A stretch of DNA of 33,148 bases from Gaiellaceae bacterium (GTDB lineage Bacteria > Actinomycetota > Thermoleophilia > Gaiellales > Gaiellaceae), in the NCBI GenBank assembly GCA_035693525.1, contig DASSGL010000218.1, forward strand, positions 1-33,148. The letters are read 5' to 3'. The position numbers were made by a program, and so were the translations under genes. Positions 32,530 through 33,148 of the stretch are shown piece by piece. The notes under the pieces are model-generated. The model saw only the letters and a list, made by a program, of their open reading frames with translations, was not told the DNA's origin and did not search any database. Every line of letters begins with the position of its first letter. The first letter of the stretch is position 1.

Positions 32530-32700
32530 ACCTTGCAACCCGGCCGGACGCCAGGCGTCGGTTTGCAGGGGGCGCACCGAACACAGCCGGAGCGGGTAGG
32601 AAGCGCGGCTGGGCCGCAGAGCCGAGCTTTCGAAGCCCGATCAGGATGGGTAGCGCCTCACGAGAAGGGCCCCGGAGCCGCAGCCGGGGCCCTTCTCTTT
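32530..32700 (+). ncRNA. Candidate ~170-nt small RNA of unrecognised class, delimited by a promoter and an intrinsic terminator
   Basis: It starts about 7 nt after the -10 element and ends at the terminator at 32663-32700. ORFs crossing it have AT-rich third positions, unlike genuine genes here. Several GC-rich hairpins can be drawn by hand (for example tgcaaccc...gacgc-cag-gcgtc-ggtttgca). Confidence 0.45.
32663..32700 (+). terminator. Intrinsic terminator (13-bp stem)
   Basis: agaagggccccgg (32663-32675), loop agccgcag, ccggggcccttct (32684-32696), followed by cttt. The T-rich run is on the plus strand only. Confidence 0.6.
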
Positions 32701-32764
32701 GGTGCTCGCGGCTACCGCCGCTCGCAGGGGGCTGGTCGCAGGAACGCCGCGGTGGGGTGGCTCC

Positions 32765-32786
32765 GGGCCAGAGCGCGGTCTGGCCC
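32765..32786 (-). terminator. Hairpin downstream of the TetR-family gene
   Basis: gggccaga-gcgcgg-tctggccc (8-bp stem), about 45 nt after the TAA at 32833-32831. There is no U-tract. Confidence 0.25.
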
Positions 32787-32830
32787 TCCGCCATGCGGGA
32801 TGGCTCCCCTCCAAGGACGCCTTTTCTTTC

Positions 32831-33148
32831 TTAGGAGGTCAGCCAGTCGAGGCGGGCTTGGCGGATCTCGTGGACTTCGTCTTCGTTCAGAAGGCCGATC
32901 CTTCTGCCGACCATACCGAGGACGCCGCCGGCCAGGAACGTCCAGGCTTCGGCGTCGGCGTTCCGTCCGGGGTGCAGGACGCCTTCCTCCTGGCCGCGGC
33001 GGATGACCGACGCGACGAAGTCGTGCACCTCGCGCATGTGGCGGCGCAGCTCGCGGCGAAGCGCAGGGTCCTCGTTCGCCTCGGAGAGGGCCTGCACCCA
33101 GAGCTCCGCCATCTGGAACTTGCAGTCCCGGATCGTGACGTGGTCGCG
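32831..33148 (-). CDS. TetR/AcrR family regulator, C-terminal ligand-binding part (N-terminus outside the window)
   Basis: The frame is open from the window edge to the TAA at 32831: ...RDHVTIRDCKFQMAELWVQALSEANEDPALRRELRRHMREVHDFVASVIRRGQEEGVLHPGRNADAEAWTFLAGGVLGMVGRR. This is a typical TetR C-domain helix pattern. The ATG at 33112 in the track is probably internal. Confidence 0.55.
   Translation of the reverse strand, partial: RDHVTIRDCKFQMAELWVQALSEANEDPALRRELRRHMREVHDFVASVIRRGQEEGVLHPGRNADAEAWTFLAGGVLGMVGRRIGLLNEDEVHEIRQARLDWLTS

Noticed and set aside
32530-32700. Assigning the candidate RNA to SRP (4.5S), 6S, tmRNA, RNase P or a common riboswitch class.
   Set aside because: - The SRP domain-IV core (…GGAAGGAAGCAGC…-like around a GGAA loop), the RNase P GAGGAAAGUCC box and tmRNA tRNA-like ends are all absent.
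- GGUAGGAAGCGCGGC only loosely resembles the SRP core.
- I could not draw a 6S-like closing stem between the 5' and 3' ends.
- Classification needs a covariance-model search.
32387-32794. A 135-aa minus-strand ORF spanning the long intergenic region, preceded by a GGAGGGG stretch.
   Set aside because: Its third codon positions are frequently A/T, unlike every confident gene here. It has Pro/Arg-rich composition and runs antisense through the promoter and terminator of the candidate sRNA.

Overview
Very GC-rich window (about 70% by eye, not computed), densely coding, with an actinobacterial flavour: PAC2, CtaA, many GTG/TTG starts, ATGA/GTGA overlapping gene junctions, and apparently leaderless starts. 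Most long Arg/Gly/Pro-rich ORFs in the track are alternative-frame shadows of the real genes.

Gene content, left to right:
- korA (partial), a VOC dioxygenase-like gene, a secreted HNH-like protein and an O-antigen-ligase-like membrane protein, all on the minus strand.
- An XRE-HTH/TPR regulator followed by alkA-like, proC and pgl on the plus strand.
- A PAS protein and a hypothetical protein on the minus strand.
- fadA-fadB on the plus strand.
- An acidic duplicated-domain protein and a large SF2 helicase on the plus strand.
- pac2-ctaA-selD on the minus strand.
- A disrupted SDR gene.
- A nine-gene minus-strand operon: family-5 SBP, two permeases, two Opp/Dpp-type ATPases, GH1 beta-glucosidase, sugar-phosphate isomerase, Gfo/Idh/MocA oxidoreductase and a TIGR03118-like protein. 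It sits under a divergent LacI regulator.
- A second XRE-HTH/TPR regulator and a partial TetR gene.

Main hunting results:
1. Both XRE/TPR regulators sit next to unannotated 32-35-codon ORFs with strong Shine-Dalgarno sites. These encode signal-like hydrophobic pre-peptides with short Trp-containing tails. The layout recalls RRNPP (PlcR/NprR/Rgg) peptide signalling, which is not established in this kind of organism.
2. A 440-nt non-coding gap contains a near-consensus promoter and a strong terminator that together delimit a roughly 170-nt unclassified RNA.
3. A 130-140-nt AT-punctuated element built around the palindromic motif CTGGTGTC-N-GACACCAG occurs twice, in inverted orientation, bracketing about 7 kb.
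4. The SDR gene next to selD carries a frameshift and an in-frame TGA.

All functional calls come from motif recognition by eye. No database search was possible.
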